Shown here: piece after piece, positions 1-10,016 of the stretch
Numbering within the stretch: the stretch's first letter is position 1
Layout: every line of letters begins with the position of its first letter
Sequence record: SRR31156797_2579
Direction: 5' to 3' (one strand)
DNA: 44,008 bases
Program-made: the position numbers and the translations under genes
Notes under the pieces: generated by a model
Told to the model about the DNA's origin: nothing
Database searches by the model: none
The model's input: the letters and a program-made list of their open reading frames with translations, nothing else

Positions 1-410
1 CAAATTTTCCTTCTTTGTCATTGGTCTTTTATGACATTTCCTCGATTTATAACTTTTTTCTCATCTTTTCTTGTTATCGGTTTCTACTTTTTCCGATTAT
101 CTCGCTTTCCATTTTATGGTTGTTGCGGTTGTTTAGTTTTGCAACTACCTATTTTGGTCAAAATAAAAACACCTGTTTTGTAGGTGGTGATTATCGTATT
201 TTAGATTTTTATGATTATCTCTTATATTCTATATTTATTTTTATTTTAAGTGTTCTACAACTTAAACATTAAGCACAAAAAGGCTTTAAATCGCCTTTTG
301 TGCATTTCTATTTAAAATTTATTTCCGCTCCTTGCTTCCATTTCCTCTATTTTACTTTTTTAAATATAACTTTCTGATATTCCGCTAACAAAAGAAATAG
401 CTTTAATAAG

Positions 411-2954
411 TTAATACCCTAAATTACGATTTATTGATGCGCCATTTAGTGCATTAATAGTCATGTAACTTGTTCCCTCAAACCTCTCAATTATTTCATC
501 ATTATCCCCTAAGCTAATTATCTTACCAACTTGAATAACTCCATTTTCTTCTTTTAATTTTATAGTCTCTTTTTCTTGCTCATACAACTCCGCATTATAC
601 TTTATGCACCTTTCACCAAAGAAATCCCATACCGGAACTAACATGTATTTGTCAGGATTATCCGGCATTTTTATTCTAGCTAAGCTTAGAGTTATTTCCG
701 TAATATTATATCTTACATATTCAGCTGAAGTATTTGTTTCATACGAATACTTATTTAAGAATTGTTGAACGAAATACTGTTTAATTTCATCAAAGTCTAA
801 TATCTGTGCATTCTCATTAATTACCTCTTGAGTTTCCATCGGCGAAGACCAAAATAACCCGATTATTCCACTATCATCAATGTATATGTTCATATATTCG
901 GGTTTAACAGGTCTTGCTGAAGTTTCGGACTCCATACTTGAATCATTACTCTTTATATATGGAACATACATACCATCAACACAACGAGATACTGAAACTT
1001 TATAACAAGCTCTCTTTGCACCATATCCCTTGTACAAGAAACCATATTCAATACTTGAAATATCCATAGATTCAGCTGGTAATTTATTTAATAATTCATA
1101 AGCAACGCTTTCAACTTCTTGTTTAGATATATCAAAATTACTGCTTTCATCCGCTTCGCTGACAAACATACTATTATTATCAATGTATTCGTCCATTTTT
1201 CCAGTGTTGCTAAATATTACTGATATACTGTTATCTATATGATTTTCAATAACTAAATCGGCTAGTGTTCCTTTATCAAAATCAGCCTGCAGGCAAATAT
1301 ATTCATTTCCCAATTGTGATAGGTTGTTCTTATCAACTGCATTCCTTTCAATACTTTCAGGAGCAGTAGAAATCAATGCTTCCAGTCGTTCTAATTCTTG
1401 ATTCCCAATTTCGGTTAGTTCTTCTAATGTTTTAGCGCCTGAACTCGATGCCATATCAGAGTTTAAGTCTGTCATTTGCATTTTAGTTTTTATTATTTGC
1501 TCATCAATATCTGATTTTGTCATTACATAAGCATATTCGTATACTTCTCTATCTCCAACAAGAGCAGTTACAATTTTAGCTAATTCAGATTCCGAAAACG
1601 TTTTTTGCGTTAAAATTACAACTGGTAATTGCTCGTAAGCCGGAGTTATAATGTCAGCATCAATATTTATCTCAACAGTACCTTCACCGCTATTTACAGT
1701 CTGAGTCCAGTGTTCTACTGATATATCCTGCATTTCTGTATCATCTGCTTCAGAATGCTCTATAGTTGATGTTTCTTTCTCAGCATGAACTGCTTCCATC
1801 AATTCCTCTTTATCTTTATTTTGAACAACTAAATTTTCCGGCGTAGGCTGGCAAGCAGTGGTAAAACATCCTATTATCATAATAATTGTAATTAATACAG
1901 CTATTACTCCAGCTGATATTGTTTTCTTTTCTGGTTTAATAATTTTAATTATCCTCTCTTTCAAATTTGATTTATTTTCACATAATGATGTAACTAATTG
2001 TGGTGATTTTCTTTGATTCGTTAAGCTTGTTACATGATATAAAGCCTCACAATACTTAGCTTTTTGCTTTTTGTTAGAATTCTTTAATACTGTATTATCA
2101 CACGCAAACTCAATATCTTCTCTCATTTTCTTAACACTAAGCCACACAATAGGATTGAACCAATGTAAAGCTTTTACCAAAATAAAGATGTAGTTTTTCA
2201 CAATGTCAATCCTCTTTATATGACATGCTTCATGCAGCAAAATTGAATCAATATACTCATATCTTTTATTATCTACCATATACTTCGGTAAAAGTATTTG
2301 AGGATTAAAAACTCCAAATGTTAAAGGAACTTTGATATATTTAGAGGTAGATATGCAAATTTTTCTCTTAATTCCCATTGAACTTCTAATAGAATCTAAA
2401 AGGTTTAATATTACTTTTTCTTTTATGGGTTTGCTATGCTTTTTCATTAATAATCTGAGCATAACGATTTCTTTAATTGCTGAGAATATAATAGTTATTC
2501 CGCCTGCAATCCATATGATGGTCGCAGCTAACCATAAGTCTAAATTTTGCATGAAATTAATCATTTTATCCAAAAAAGTTGTTTGCTTAGATTCATTGAT
2601 GTTCAAGTCACTAGCAATACCTTCGTTCCCATAATACGGCATATTATTTGTTGGTTCGTAGCTATAATCCATATTAGAATTATTGTAACTAATAGTATTC
2701 GTAGTTTCATCTGATGATACAGCCTGATTAGTCGTTTCTTCTGCTTTCTGGAAAAGCTGATTTATGTTAACTGGGCTTTCAACCATTCCTGGCAAACAAA
2801 GTCTAAGCACAACCAATACCCACATAAAAGATATTATTCTTATATATATTCTATCTTTAGCAATAGCTTTTATTAAAAGTACAATGGCTATTATGATAGA
2901 TGAAAGCAGCGACGCTTTTAAGATATTTACAAAAATTTCTGTAATTACATTCAT
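411..2954 (-). CDS. BlaR1/MecR1-type M56 metallopeptidase signal transducer with a non-penicillin-binding C-terminal domain (DUF6034-like)
   Basis: N-terminal TM helices, HEACH (HExxH) zinc motif, ALHWFNPIVW and EFACD M56 motifs; directly downstream of blaI. Confidence 0.88.
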   Translation of the reverse strand: MNVITEIFVNILKASLLSSIIIAIVLLIKAIAKDRIYIRIISFMWVLVVLRLCLPGMVESPVNINQLFQKAEETTNQAVSSDETTNTISYNNSNMDYSYEPTNNMPYYGNEGIASDLNINESKQTTFLDKMINFMQNLDLWLAATIIWIAGGITIIFSAIKEIVMLRLLMKKHSKPIKEKVILNLLDSIRSSMGIKRKICISTSKYIKVPLTFGVFNPQILLPKYMVDNKRYEYIDSILLHEACHIKRIDIVKNYIFILVKALHWFNPIVWLSVKKMREDIEFACDNTVLKNSNKKQKAKYCEALYHVTSLTNQRKSPQLVTSLCENKSNLKERIIKIIKPEKKTISAGVIAVLITIIMIIGCFTTACQPTPENLVVQNKDKEELMEAVHAEKETSTIEHSEADDTEMQDISVEHWTQTVNSGEGTVEINIDADIITPAYEQLPVVILTQKTFSESELAKIVTALVGDREVYEYAYVMTKSDIDEQIIKTKMQMTDLNSDMASSSGAKTLEELTEIGNQELERLEALISTAPESIERNAVDKNNLSQLGNEYICLQADFDKGTLADLVIENHIDNSISVIFSNTGKMDEYIDNNSMFVSEADESSNFDISKQEVESVAYELLNKLPAESMDISSIEYGFLYKGYGAKRACYKVSVSRCVDGMYVPYIKSNDSSMESETSARPVKPEYMNIYIDDSGIIGLFWSSPMETQEVINENAQILDFDEIKQYFVQQFLNKYSYETNTSAEYVRYNITEITLSLARIKMPDNPDKYMLVPVWDFFGERCIKYNAELYEQEKETIKLKEENGVIQVGKIISLGDNDEIIERFEGTSYMTINALNGASINRNLGY

Positions 2955-2956
2955 TT

Positions 2957-3352
2957 TTAGTCCTCTGTATTATTTATATAATTTTTAAGAATATTGTTTA
3001 TCTCTTCTAACTCTTCATTGCTGACTTTTTCATTTCTTAAAAGCCCTGCCACTAATTGCGGCAATTCTCCACTATAATAACGTTTCAAATGTCCTTTTGT
3101 TTGATAAGCAATATATTCTTCTTTAGATACTATTGGATAATACCAATAAATTCGTTTATCATTTTTGTCTTGCCTTGAAGCTGCTACCCTTTTTTCAATA
3201 AGCCTTTTTAAAAAAGTTCTTACAGTTTCATTCGCCCAACCTTTATTCTTATTAAGTTCGGCTGTTACAGTAGCGCTTTTCACTTCACCAGCTTGCCATA
3301 ATACTTCCATTACTAGCCATTCATTATCTGTTATCGTATCTAGTTTACACAT
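2957..3352 (-). CDS. BlaI/MecI/CopY family transcriptional repressor
   Basis: ITDNEWLVMEVLW, W..ETVRTFLKRLIEK, YYPIVSKEEY motifs; AGGAG RBS; paired with M56 gene. Confidence 0.93.
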   Translation of the reverse strand: MCKLDTITDNEWLVMEVLWQAGEVKSATVTAELNKNKGWANETVRTFLKRLIEKRVAASRQDKNDKRIYWYYPIVSKEEYIAYQTKGHLKRYYSGELPQLVAGLLRNEKVSNEELEEINNILKNYINNTED

Positions 3353-3373
3353 ATAATAAACTCCTTTTAACCA

Positions 3374-3424
3374 GTTACATTCTGTAGTTTATTAAACGTT
3401 ACAACATGTAACGCATTTTGTCAA
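3374..3424 (-). promoter_or_regulatory. blaI promoter with two BlaI-type operators (TACA-N3-TGTA)
   Basis: TACA-ttc-TGTA at 3376-3386; perfect dyad CGTTACA-aca-TGTAACG at 3397-3413; minus-strand TTGACA (3419-3424), 17 bp, TAACGT overlapping the dyad. Confidence 0.8.
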
Positions 3425-3518
3425 GAAGATTTTCCCATAAATTTATTTTGTGCTAAAAAAACACCACCTAGCGGGTGGTTTATATTTCGCACATTCGTGC
3501 TCAATTGGCTAAAGCCAT

Positions 3519-3545
3519 AAAAAAAGACTGCCCATAAGGACAGTC
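3519..3545 (-). terminator. Intrinsic terminator of the sigI operon
   Basis: Minus strand GACTGTCC-TTAT-GGGCAGTC followed by T7. Confidence 0.75.
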
Positions 3546-3572
3546 AAAATATATTTAGGATATACTTAAAAT

Positions 3573-4805
3573 TTAATCATCGTCTTCATCATTGTCTTCA
3601 TCATCGTTGTCGTCTTGACCTTTATTATCTTTATGGTCATTATCTTTATCTTTACTATTTCCCTTACCCTGATTATTGTCTTTATTATTTACATCGTTTT
3701 TATTGTCATCATGGTCTTGGTCAGCATCTTGATCATCATCTAAATCTTGGTCATCATCGTCTTCATCTGCATCGTCTTCATCATCATGACCCTTGCCGTT
3801 ATCATGGTCTTCATCTTTACCCTCATGATCTTTGCCTTCACCACAGTCGTCATCATCGTCATCGTAGCTGTCCTTGACTTGCTCCTTAACCTCTTCATAA
3901 GCGTCCTTGACTTCTTCCATGTCATCTTTATTTTCTTCGGCCTGAATCATGTTTTGATATGCTGCTTGGATTGCATCCTCATCGCCAGATTCTTTTGCAG
4001 CCTTATATTCCTCCTGTGCCAGCTTAAAGGCATCTTTTGCGTCAAAGAAATTATCTTTTGATGTCAAAAAGGCTTTAGTTACCATTGTTGTAACAACCTC
4101 TTTTTCCACCTTCTCCAGAAGCTTTTGCATATCCTCATCTGTTGCATCATCGTCCAGCATGATTTCGATGGAGAGAACTACCTCTTCCTGAACTTCTGTC
4201 ATTTGATCTAGAAGCTCATCAACTACCTCTTCATCTGCTTCTCCAGAATTATCTTCAGCAATAATATTGGCTTCTCCCAGCAGTTTGATGCTCTTTTCAA
4301 CTAATTCCTGAGCTAATTCTTCATTATCACTTTCCTGCATTATTTGAGCTTCCAGAATTCTTCTGTTGGCATACTTAACCATTAGCTCTACTCTGTTTGT
4401 TTCGTCCACAGTCAGTGAAATTCTAATGCTTTCAATCAACAGCTTGATTGGATACAAATAAGAATCAGGTGTAATGCTGATAATCACATCATTTGTGATT
4501 TGCGGAGTAGGTTCAGGTGTAGCGGTAGGCTCTGGTGTTGATTCTGGTGTAACTTGGGGCTGATCAGTATTTTCTGGTGTAGTAGCAGACTCTGCTGTTG
4601 ATTCAGCACTTGTATCTGGTGTAGCAGTTGGCTCTGTACTCACTTCTGGAGTTACCTCAAGAGTAGTCGTTTCTGGGCTAACTTCTGGAGTTACCTCAGG
4701 TGTAACTTGGGGATCAGCTGTAGTTGTTGTATCTGCAAATGCTGTAACCTGCACGATTAACATTAATACTACCAGCATAAATACTACTTTTTTTGAATGT
4801 TTCAT
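3573..4805 (-). CDS. Secreted DUF5667-like protein with Pro/Thr/Glu linker and Asp-rich tail
   Basis: Signal peptide ending AFA; PQVTPE/TPE repeats; ITPDSYLYPIKLLIESIRISLT...YANRRILEA resembles DUF5667; D/N/K/H low-complexity C-terminus. Confidence 0.75.
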   Translation of the reverse strand: MKHSKKVVFMLVVLMLIVQVTAFADTTTTADPQVTPEVTPEVSPETTTLEVTPEVSTEPTATPDTSAESTAESATTPENTDQPQVTPESTPEPTATPEPTPQITNDVIISITPDSYLYPIKLLIESIRISLTVDETNRVELMVKYANRRILEAQIMQESDNEELAQELVEKSIKLLGEANIIAEDNSGEADEEVVDELLDQMTEVQEEVVLSIEIMLDDDATDEDMQKLLEKVEKEVVTTMVTKAFLTSKDNFFDAKDAFKLAQEEYKAAKESGDEDAIQAAYQNMIQAEENKDDMEEVKDAYEEVKEQVKDSYDDDDDDCGEGKDHEGKDEDHDNGKGHDDEDDADEDDDDQDLDDDQDADQDHDDNKNDVNNKDNNQGKGNSKDKDNDHKDNKGQDDNDDEDNDEDDD

Positions 4806-4834
4806 TAATGTACCCTTTCTTTACTTTCATTAGT

Positions 4835-5938
4835 CTAGTTATTATCTTTATCTTTTTGTTTATCCTTTTCCTTATCCTTTTGGACATTATCATTACTATT
4901 TGCATTATCATCTTTATCATTGGTATCTTTTTTATCAATGTTATTATCTTTTTTATCTGTATCATCATCTACAGTCTCGTCATTACTATATTCATCGCTA
5001 TTATCGTCATCTTCATCTTTATCACTGGCATTATCGTTTTCTTCACTTTTATCTTTGTTATTGCCATTGCCTTGACTCATGTCATTTGCTTTATCGTTTT
5101 TATTATCATCAGATGTTATGGCTGTATCTGTATCATCAGTATTATTGCCGTCTTCATTTACTGTTTCCTGATTATCAAATGGCTTATCCTTCTTATCCTT
5201 ATCATTATTTCCTTTATTGTTGTCTTCATTGTTTTCGATTGAGACAAGTAATTCCTGGACAGATTTATTTAACAGCTCATCAATGGAAGTGTCATCACTA
5301 GAAACTTCTTTATATTTCTCAATAAGATTCAGCTTGCCGGCTGTTGTGCATTTTATCTTTGCCTTTTCAATGGTTTCATCATCTACGATTTTAACCTGCA
5401 CTTTTGCCTTTACCTGTACATCGCATAGTGTATCTTCCACGACTTTTTCTGCATTTATCTTTATATTATAGGTTCTGTTATTTCTACTGCTGTTGACTGC
5501 CACAAAGATTGTTTTCTCGTCATATTGGTTCAAATAGCCATCTGTCTTTGCCTGAAGCACTATCATCTCAATAGCCTGTTCATAATCCATGTTCTTTACT
5601 TTAATTTGATTAAGGATTAATTCGCCGTCACTGTTTATTCCCTTTGCGGATATAACATCATTAAAAATATTCATTTTTAGCTCAATACTTGGATTTATAT
5701 CCAGACTGACGTAGCTTTTTGGGGTATTGTATGCGTACACCATTCCTATAACAAACATAACTAATATTATGGCAGCTGATGCAATCATAATTCTTAAAGA
5801 TTTATGACGCTTTATGCTGTGACCAGTATATATCTCTTGACCTATTATATAGTCTTTATTTGGAATGTTAATGAAAACACCATTTTCCTGCAATGCAACT
5901 GCTTTATTGTTGTTTGTCTTTATAATTACTGCTTTCAT
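4835..5938 (-). CDS. rsgI: Anti-sigma-I factor, RsgI family
   Basis: RsgI_N-like N-terminus (AVALQENGVF...IGQEI), one TM helix, YVSLDINPSIEL conserved Asn-Pro site; start overlaps sigI stop. Confidence 0.88.
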   Translation of the reverse strand: MKAVIIKTNNNKAVALQENGVFINIPNKDYIIGQEIYTGHSIKRHKSLRIMIASAAIILVMFVIGMVYAYNTPKSYVSLDINPSIELKMNIFNDVISAKGINSDGELILNQIKVKNMDYEQAIEMIVLQAKTDGYLNQYDEKTIFVAVNSSRNNRTYNIKINAEKVVEDTLCDVQVKAKVQVKIVDDETIEKAKIKCTTAGKLNLIEKYKEVSSDDTSIDELLNKSVQELLVSIENNEDNNKGNNDKDKKDKPFDNQETVNEDGNNTDDTDTAITSDDNKNDKANDMSQGNGNNKDKSEENDNASDKDEDDDNSDEYSNDETVDDDTDKKDNNIDKKDTNDKDDNANSNDNVQKDKEKDKQKDKDNN

Positions 5939-6654
5939 TAATGTTTTCCTCCTTTCATTAATGGTATATATTCTCTGAGATATATGTAATCACCTTTTAG
6001 TATTATTGTGGCTGCTATTATATACTTTCGGTGACGTTCTAATAATTTTCGGGGTATCCTTAGATTTTCTTTAATTTTTTTTATTGGTATTCGTTTATTT
6101 TTCTGCATCTTAATAAATATATCAGGATTTGAAGCAATGAATTCTACGACACTGGCACATGCAGCTTTTGTTTTCTTTGCCTTTGGAGAAGTAGAGACCA
6201 ATTCCTCGAATTCTATGCCGTACAAATTCAATTCTACAATTAGGAATTCAATTTCCTGCTTTAGCGGATTATTATATAAGCAGTCATCATCAGATACATT
6301 TTCATATTGTGATTGCTCTGCTTCAGTCAAACTACTGTATGGAGTTTCTTTGTTCCTTGACTCTTTTCTGATGAAATCAATTATTCGACGTCTGATGACC
6401 CAATTGCTAAAAGAGAGAAATTGACCTTTTTGTGAATCATAGGACTTGATAGCTTCATTAAATCCTAAAAGAGCGATGGACAACTCTTCGCTATCTTTTG
6501 ATATCTGTCGCTTGCATACCTTTGACGCACATGACTTGATAAAGGGAATGTATTCGACAATGAAGTCATTAATATCTTCATTGCCGCTTTGTATGAGTAT
6601 CACTCTCTGTGATATATTGTTTGGTTTTTTTCTATTGTTGTTTTCTTCTTTCAC
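5938..6654 (-). CDS. sigI: RNA polymerase sigma-I factor
   Basis: YIPFI, SIALLGFNEAI, FLSFS..VIRRRIID, RKLLERHRKYII signature; GTG start. Confidence 0.92.
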   Translation of the reverse strand: MKEENNNRKKPNNISQRVILIQSGNEDINDFIVEYIPFIKSCASKVCKRQISKDSEELSIALLGFNEAIKSYDSQKGQFLSFSNWVIRRRIIDFIRKESRNKETPYSSLTEAEQSQYENVSDDDCLYNNPLKQEIEFLIVELNLYGIEFEELVSTSPKAKKTKAACASVVEFIASNPDIFIKMQKNKRIPIKKIKENLRIPRKLLERHRKYIIAATIILKGDYIYLREYIPLMKGGKH

Positions 6655-6837
6655 TTGAAATACCTATCTTTTCAGCAAATATATTACAAATATGTTTCAT
6701 TTGTGTTTAGTATTGATGAATATAAGTATAGCATTTTTCTATTATTTTTTAAGTGGAATTAATTGGCTGGAATCTTATGTGATTTTATTTATTAAGTTAT
6801 TTACATTTAATCTGTGTGATTTTTATATATCAAAGCT

Positions 6838-6860
6838 ATCGCTTCATAGTATCCTTTGGG
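6838..6860 (-). promoter_or_regulatory. Candidate SigI-dependent promoter
   Basis: Minus strand CCCAAA-N13-CGAT about 185 bp upstream of sigI, resembling the AAA...CGWA sigma-I consensus; short motif. Confidence 0.3.
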
Positions 6861-6924
6861 CAATGGGTTCCATTTAGATAATGTGAAATCATAAAAATTA
6901 TTTTTTATTTGAAGAATTCTAATA

Positions 6925-7440
6925 TCAATGTGTAGTGTCATACTCTCCCAATGCTGCAATCTGTACACTGGGAACTTCATCATTTACTATTGCAATCCCT
7001 GTGTATATCATATTGTCATTTTGAATATCTGAGCTCTTAAAGTAATGATTTAATACTGCTGTATTTGTGATAGACATATTCTTACTGGATAGACTATCTA
7101 TATCAGTCCATTCCAATAAACCTTCATCACATTTTTCTGGAACATTCACACCATCTTTTAAATACACTATATAGATATATTGCTGGCGCAGTTCATCTTT
7201 AGTTTTTCTGATAGTTATATATTTTAGTTGAGCTTTTTGGAAATCATCAAAAGTCAGACCGATTTCCTCCATCAGCTCCCTTTTTGCACAATTAAGAGGA
7301 TTACCATTATCTACATCTTCGAAGTGTCCGCCTATTGTAAGCCACATAGGATTGTTAAATACCCTTGACTTAGCTTTATATAGTAATAATACTTGATTGT
7401 TTTTTATAATGTAAATGGCTGATAAGTTTCTTATATTCAT
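6925..7440 (-). CDS. NUDIX hydrolase
   Basis: GGHFE...CAKRELMEEIGL Nudix box; CDEGLLEW. Confidence 0.9.
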   Translation of the reverse strand: MNIRNLSAIYIIKNNQVLLLYKAKSRVFNNPMWLTIGGHFEDVDNGNPLNCAKRELMEEIGLTFDDFQKAQLKYITIRKTKDELRQQYIYIVYLKDGVNVPEKCDEGLLEWTDIDSLSSKNMSITNTAVLNHYFKSSDIQNDNMIYTGIAIVNDEVPSVQIAALGEYDTTH

Positions 7441-7696
7441 AATTACCTCAAAACTAATATTATAATCTATCTGTAATTATAGCATGATTGCATTCTAAAA
7501 GCGGTAGAAATTATTTGCGTTGATTTTTGTATAGAATAAAATATTAGATGACCCATAAAGGGCTGTATAAAGCCATTACTACCATTAAGAGTATTATTTT
7601 CCCATAATATCCATATAAGTTAATTTTAATATGGATTTAATATCAGTACGATAATATGTACAGATATTAACAAGTATATTATATAGAGGAGAATGC

Positions 7697-8695
7697 ATGA
7701 AGAAGTTACTGTTATTATTGCTGATTTTCACTTTGTTATTTAGTGGATGTAAAATGCTCCTGCCAGATGAATACAAGAAGCCTCAGGAGCTGCTGCTAAA
7801 TTATCCTACTGATGCACTTCCCTTTCCTGATGATGCCTTTATATTTTCTCAAGAAGAAAAACAGGGAGAAATTATCGTATGGTACGGAATAAAGCACAAG
7901 GACAAGAACGAAACTCTGGCATTCTATATTAATTATATAAACAATAATAATATCATGGCAGATGTTGAACAGGACTACACAGAATACTTCATATCCTGCA
8001 CAGTAGATAATAATGATTTTGATATCAGAATACAAGACCCAACTGAAATCCAGTCAATAGTATTCGAAAGCGTAACAAAGGCAAAGGTCACATTCTTAAA
8101 AGATGATAATGAACAAATTAACAATTCAAGTCAAGTACAAGACAATATAGTATCTACCGAGTCTACAGCAATCATAGCAGATAGTCCTCTCCAAGAAACT
8201 GCATATATGTATTCAACTCCTGCTCCTACAGCAGAACCTACTCCCACACCAGAACCTACAGCTGAACCTACTCCACAGCAGACATTACAGACAAAGACTG
8301 AAAATAATAAAAATCCTACAGCAACGCCTTTTAATACAGCTGGCAGAGCAATGACCAGAGAGGCATTCGTAGATTTGCTTACAGAGGATACATGGGTTTA
8401 TGTCTTCAGTGTAGATGGACCCAGCGAAATGCCAGAACTGGGTTATAAGGATATTACGCCAAGTCAAAATGAAACATTCATTATAGTCTTTGGTTCAACT
8501 AACGCTAGAATTATTTGTTCGGATATTAATACCAAGGGTATTATTAGGGAAGATGAGTATCAGTTTGGTCTGGATAATTCTAGAGCAATGATGTACATTG
8601 AGACAGTTGAAGTTGGGGATGGAACAGAGTATTATTTATATCATTTCTGCTACATTAATCAGGATGGATACTTAATTCACAGTCTGAAATTGTGA
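7697..8695 (+). CDS. Hypothetical lipoprotein with Pro/Thr linker
   Basis: MKK + hydrophobic stretch + LFSGC lipobox; PTAEPTPTPE repeats; GAGGAG RBS. Confidence 0.75.
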   Translation: MKKLLLLLLIFTLLFSGCKMLLPDEYKKPQELLLNYPTDALPFPDDAFIFSQEEKQGEIIVWYGIKHKDKNETLAFYINYINNNNIMADVEQDYTEYFISCTVDNNDFDIRIQDPTEIQSIVFESVTKAKVTFLKDDNEQINNSSQVQDNIVSTESTAIIADSPLQETAYMYSTPAPTAEPTPTPEPTAEPTPQQTLQTKTENNKNPTATPFNTAGRAMTREAFVDLLTEDTWVYVFSVDGPSEMPELGYKDITPSQNETFIIVFGSTNARIICSDINTKGIIREDEYQFGLDNSRAMMYIETVEVGDGTEYYLYHFCYINQDGYLIHSLKL

Positions 8696-8852
8696 AATCC
8701 AGATACAAGTAATTTATATAATGTTTCTAATTATAACGTTTATACACATTAATATATAGAATTTATTTAATCAATATATCAAGAGCACCATAATCAATTG
8801 GTGCTCTGTTATACGTTGTCTTTCTAAAGACTGCATTTATAGAAATATGTTT

Positions 8853-10016
8853 TTATTTGTCATTCCTCTTACCGATACTTGTAATTTCACTCCAGAAAGA
8901 TTTGAATTCATTTCCTCGCTGACCTTTGGAATTGTATATAAACAGCACTGCCAATCCGATGATAGATATAACTGCCAGAGTTAACAATATACTCTTCCAG
9001 TTGCCTCGATTATCCTCACCTGCTGGTCTTGCAGACTGCTGCTCACCTTGCTGTACCTGTTCCTTACTATCTCCGGTTTCAGCGTCTTTGTCTGCGCCAT
9101 CTGTTACTGTTACGCCCATTTGAGTTGCCAAAACATCTGCCAGCATAACTGCTGATTCCTCAGCTAATTCCTTCTCAATGGTATGAGTTCCCATCTCGAA
9201 TAATATACTTTGAGGCATCAAATCCTGATTATAGCTGCCTTTACCTACGTAAATATCCTTTATTAATCCCGGATATTTATCATCAGCAATCTGCTTAATC
9301 TCTCTGGCAAAGTCCTCGTTAGCTGATTTGTTCTGATTGCTGGCACCTACTACTATCCGTACTTTGCTGACTTCCTCGCCTTCAATTTCTTCCTCATATG
9401 CTTCTGCTGGTACGGCATCACGATGAATATCTGCTAATATAGCAGGACGAGTTTCCTCCATTATGTCAACTGCTGTCTGTCTGGAGCGGCGATACGCACC
9501 AGCATCATGAGGCTCATGTGGAGTTTCGCTTCTGTTTACTTCACAGTTTCTCTCCTTCAATGCTTTTTCCAGCGCTTCAGATACATCGAATACACCACCT
9601 TCCTCCGGCTCAGATTCAGTTCCATCCGTTGGTACATATGATTCGTCTGAATGAGTGCAGTATATCCCTACCTTATTTGAACCCTTTGTGTCCTGCTTTG
9701 AAATTCGGCTTAGAAGATATTGGAATTTACTTTGTTTGTTTTCCAGCACATAATCACCTAGATATTCTTTGAATTCTGCCTGTGCAGTGTAGCTAGTTTT
9801 GTCAACACTGATTACTTTATATCTGTTGTTATCAGAACTGATATATTCATCACCTACATATACATAAGAGCCGATTTCACAAATTATCTCGCCCTGTTCA
9901 TTAAAGATAGTGAAGTATCCTTCTACGTCTTCATACCAATCGTCTGCCAATGCACATGGTACAGATATAAGCATAATCAATACTGATATTATCAAAATTT
10001 TATTTATTATTTTCAT
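8853..10016 (-). CDS. spoIIP: Stage II sporulation protein P (amidase/endopeptidase)
   Basis: IYCTHSDESY, AYRRSRQT, DIHRDA, YNQDL, LFEMG motifs; start moved to ATG at 10016 (MKIINK) after a GGAGG RBS. Confidence 0.9.
   Translation of the reverse strand: MKIINKILIISVLIMLISVPCALADDWYEDVEGYFTIFNEQGEIICEIGSYVYVGDEYISSDNNRYKVISVDKTSYTAQAEFKEYLGDYVLENKQSKFQYLLSRISKQDTKGSNKVGIYCTHSDESYVPTDGTESEPEEGGVFDVSEALEKALKERNCEVNRSETPHEPHDAGAYRRSRQTAVDIMEETRPAILADIHRDAVPAEAYEEEIEGEEVSKVRIVVGASNQNKSANEDFAREIKQIADDKYPGLIKDIYVGKGSYNQDLMPQSILFEMGTHTIEKELAEESAVMLADVLATQMGVTVTDGADKDAETGDSKEQVQQGEQQSARPAGEDNRGNWKSILLTLAVISIIGLAVLFIYNSKGQRGNEFKSFWSEITSIGKRNDK

Noticed and set aside
15-400. 85-aa ORF, and the 13-mer TATTCCGCTAACA shared with the 31.7 kb repeat end
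   Set aside because: The ORF is T-rich with no RBS or motif; a single 13-mer match can arise by chance in 44 kb of AT-rich DNA.
3740-5471. Antisense and alternative-frame ORFs over rsgI and the DUF5667-like gene
   Set aside because: Shadow ORFs created by GAT/AAT-rich low-complexity codons.
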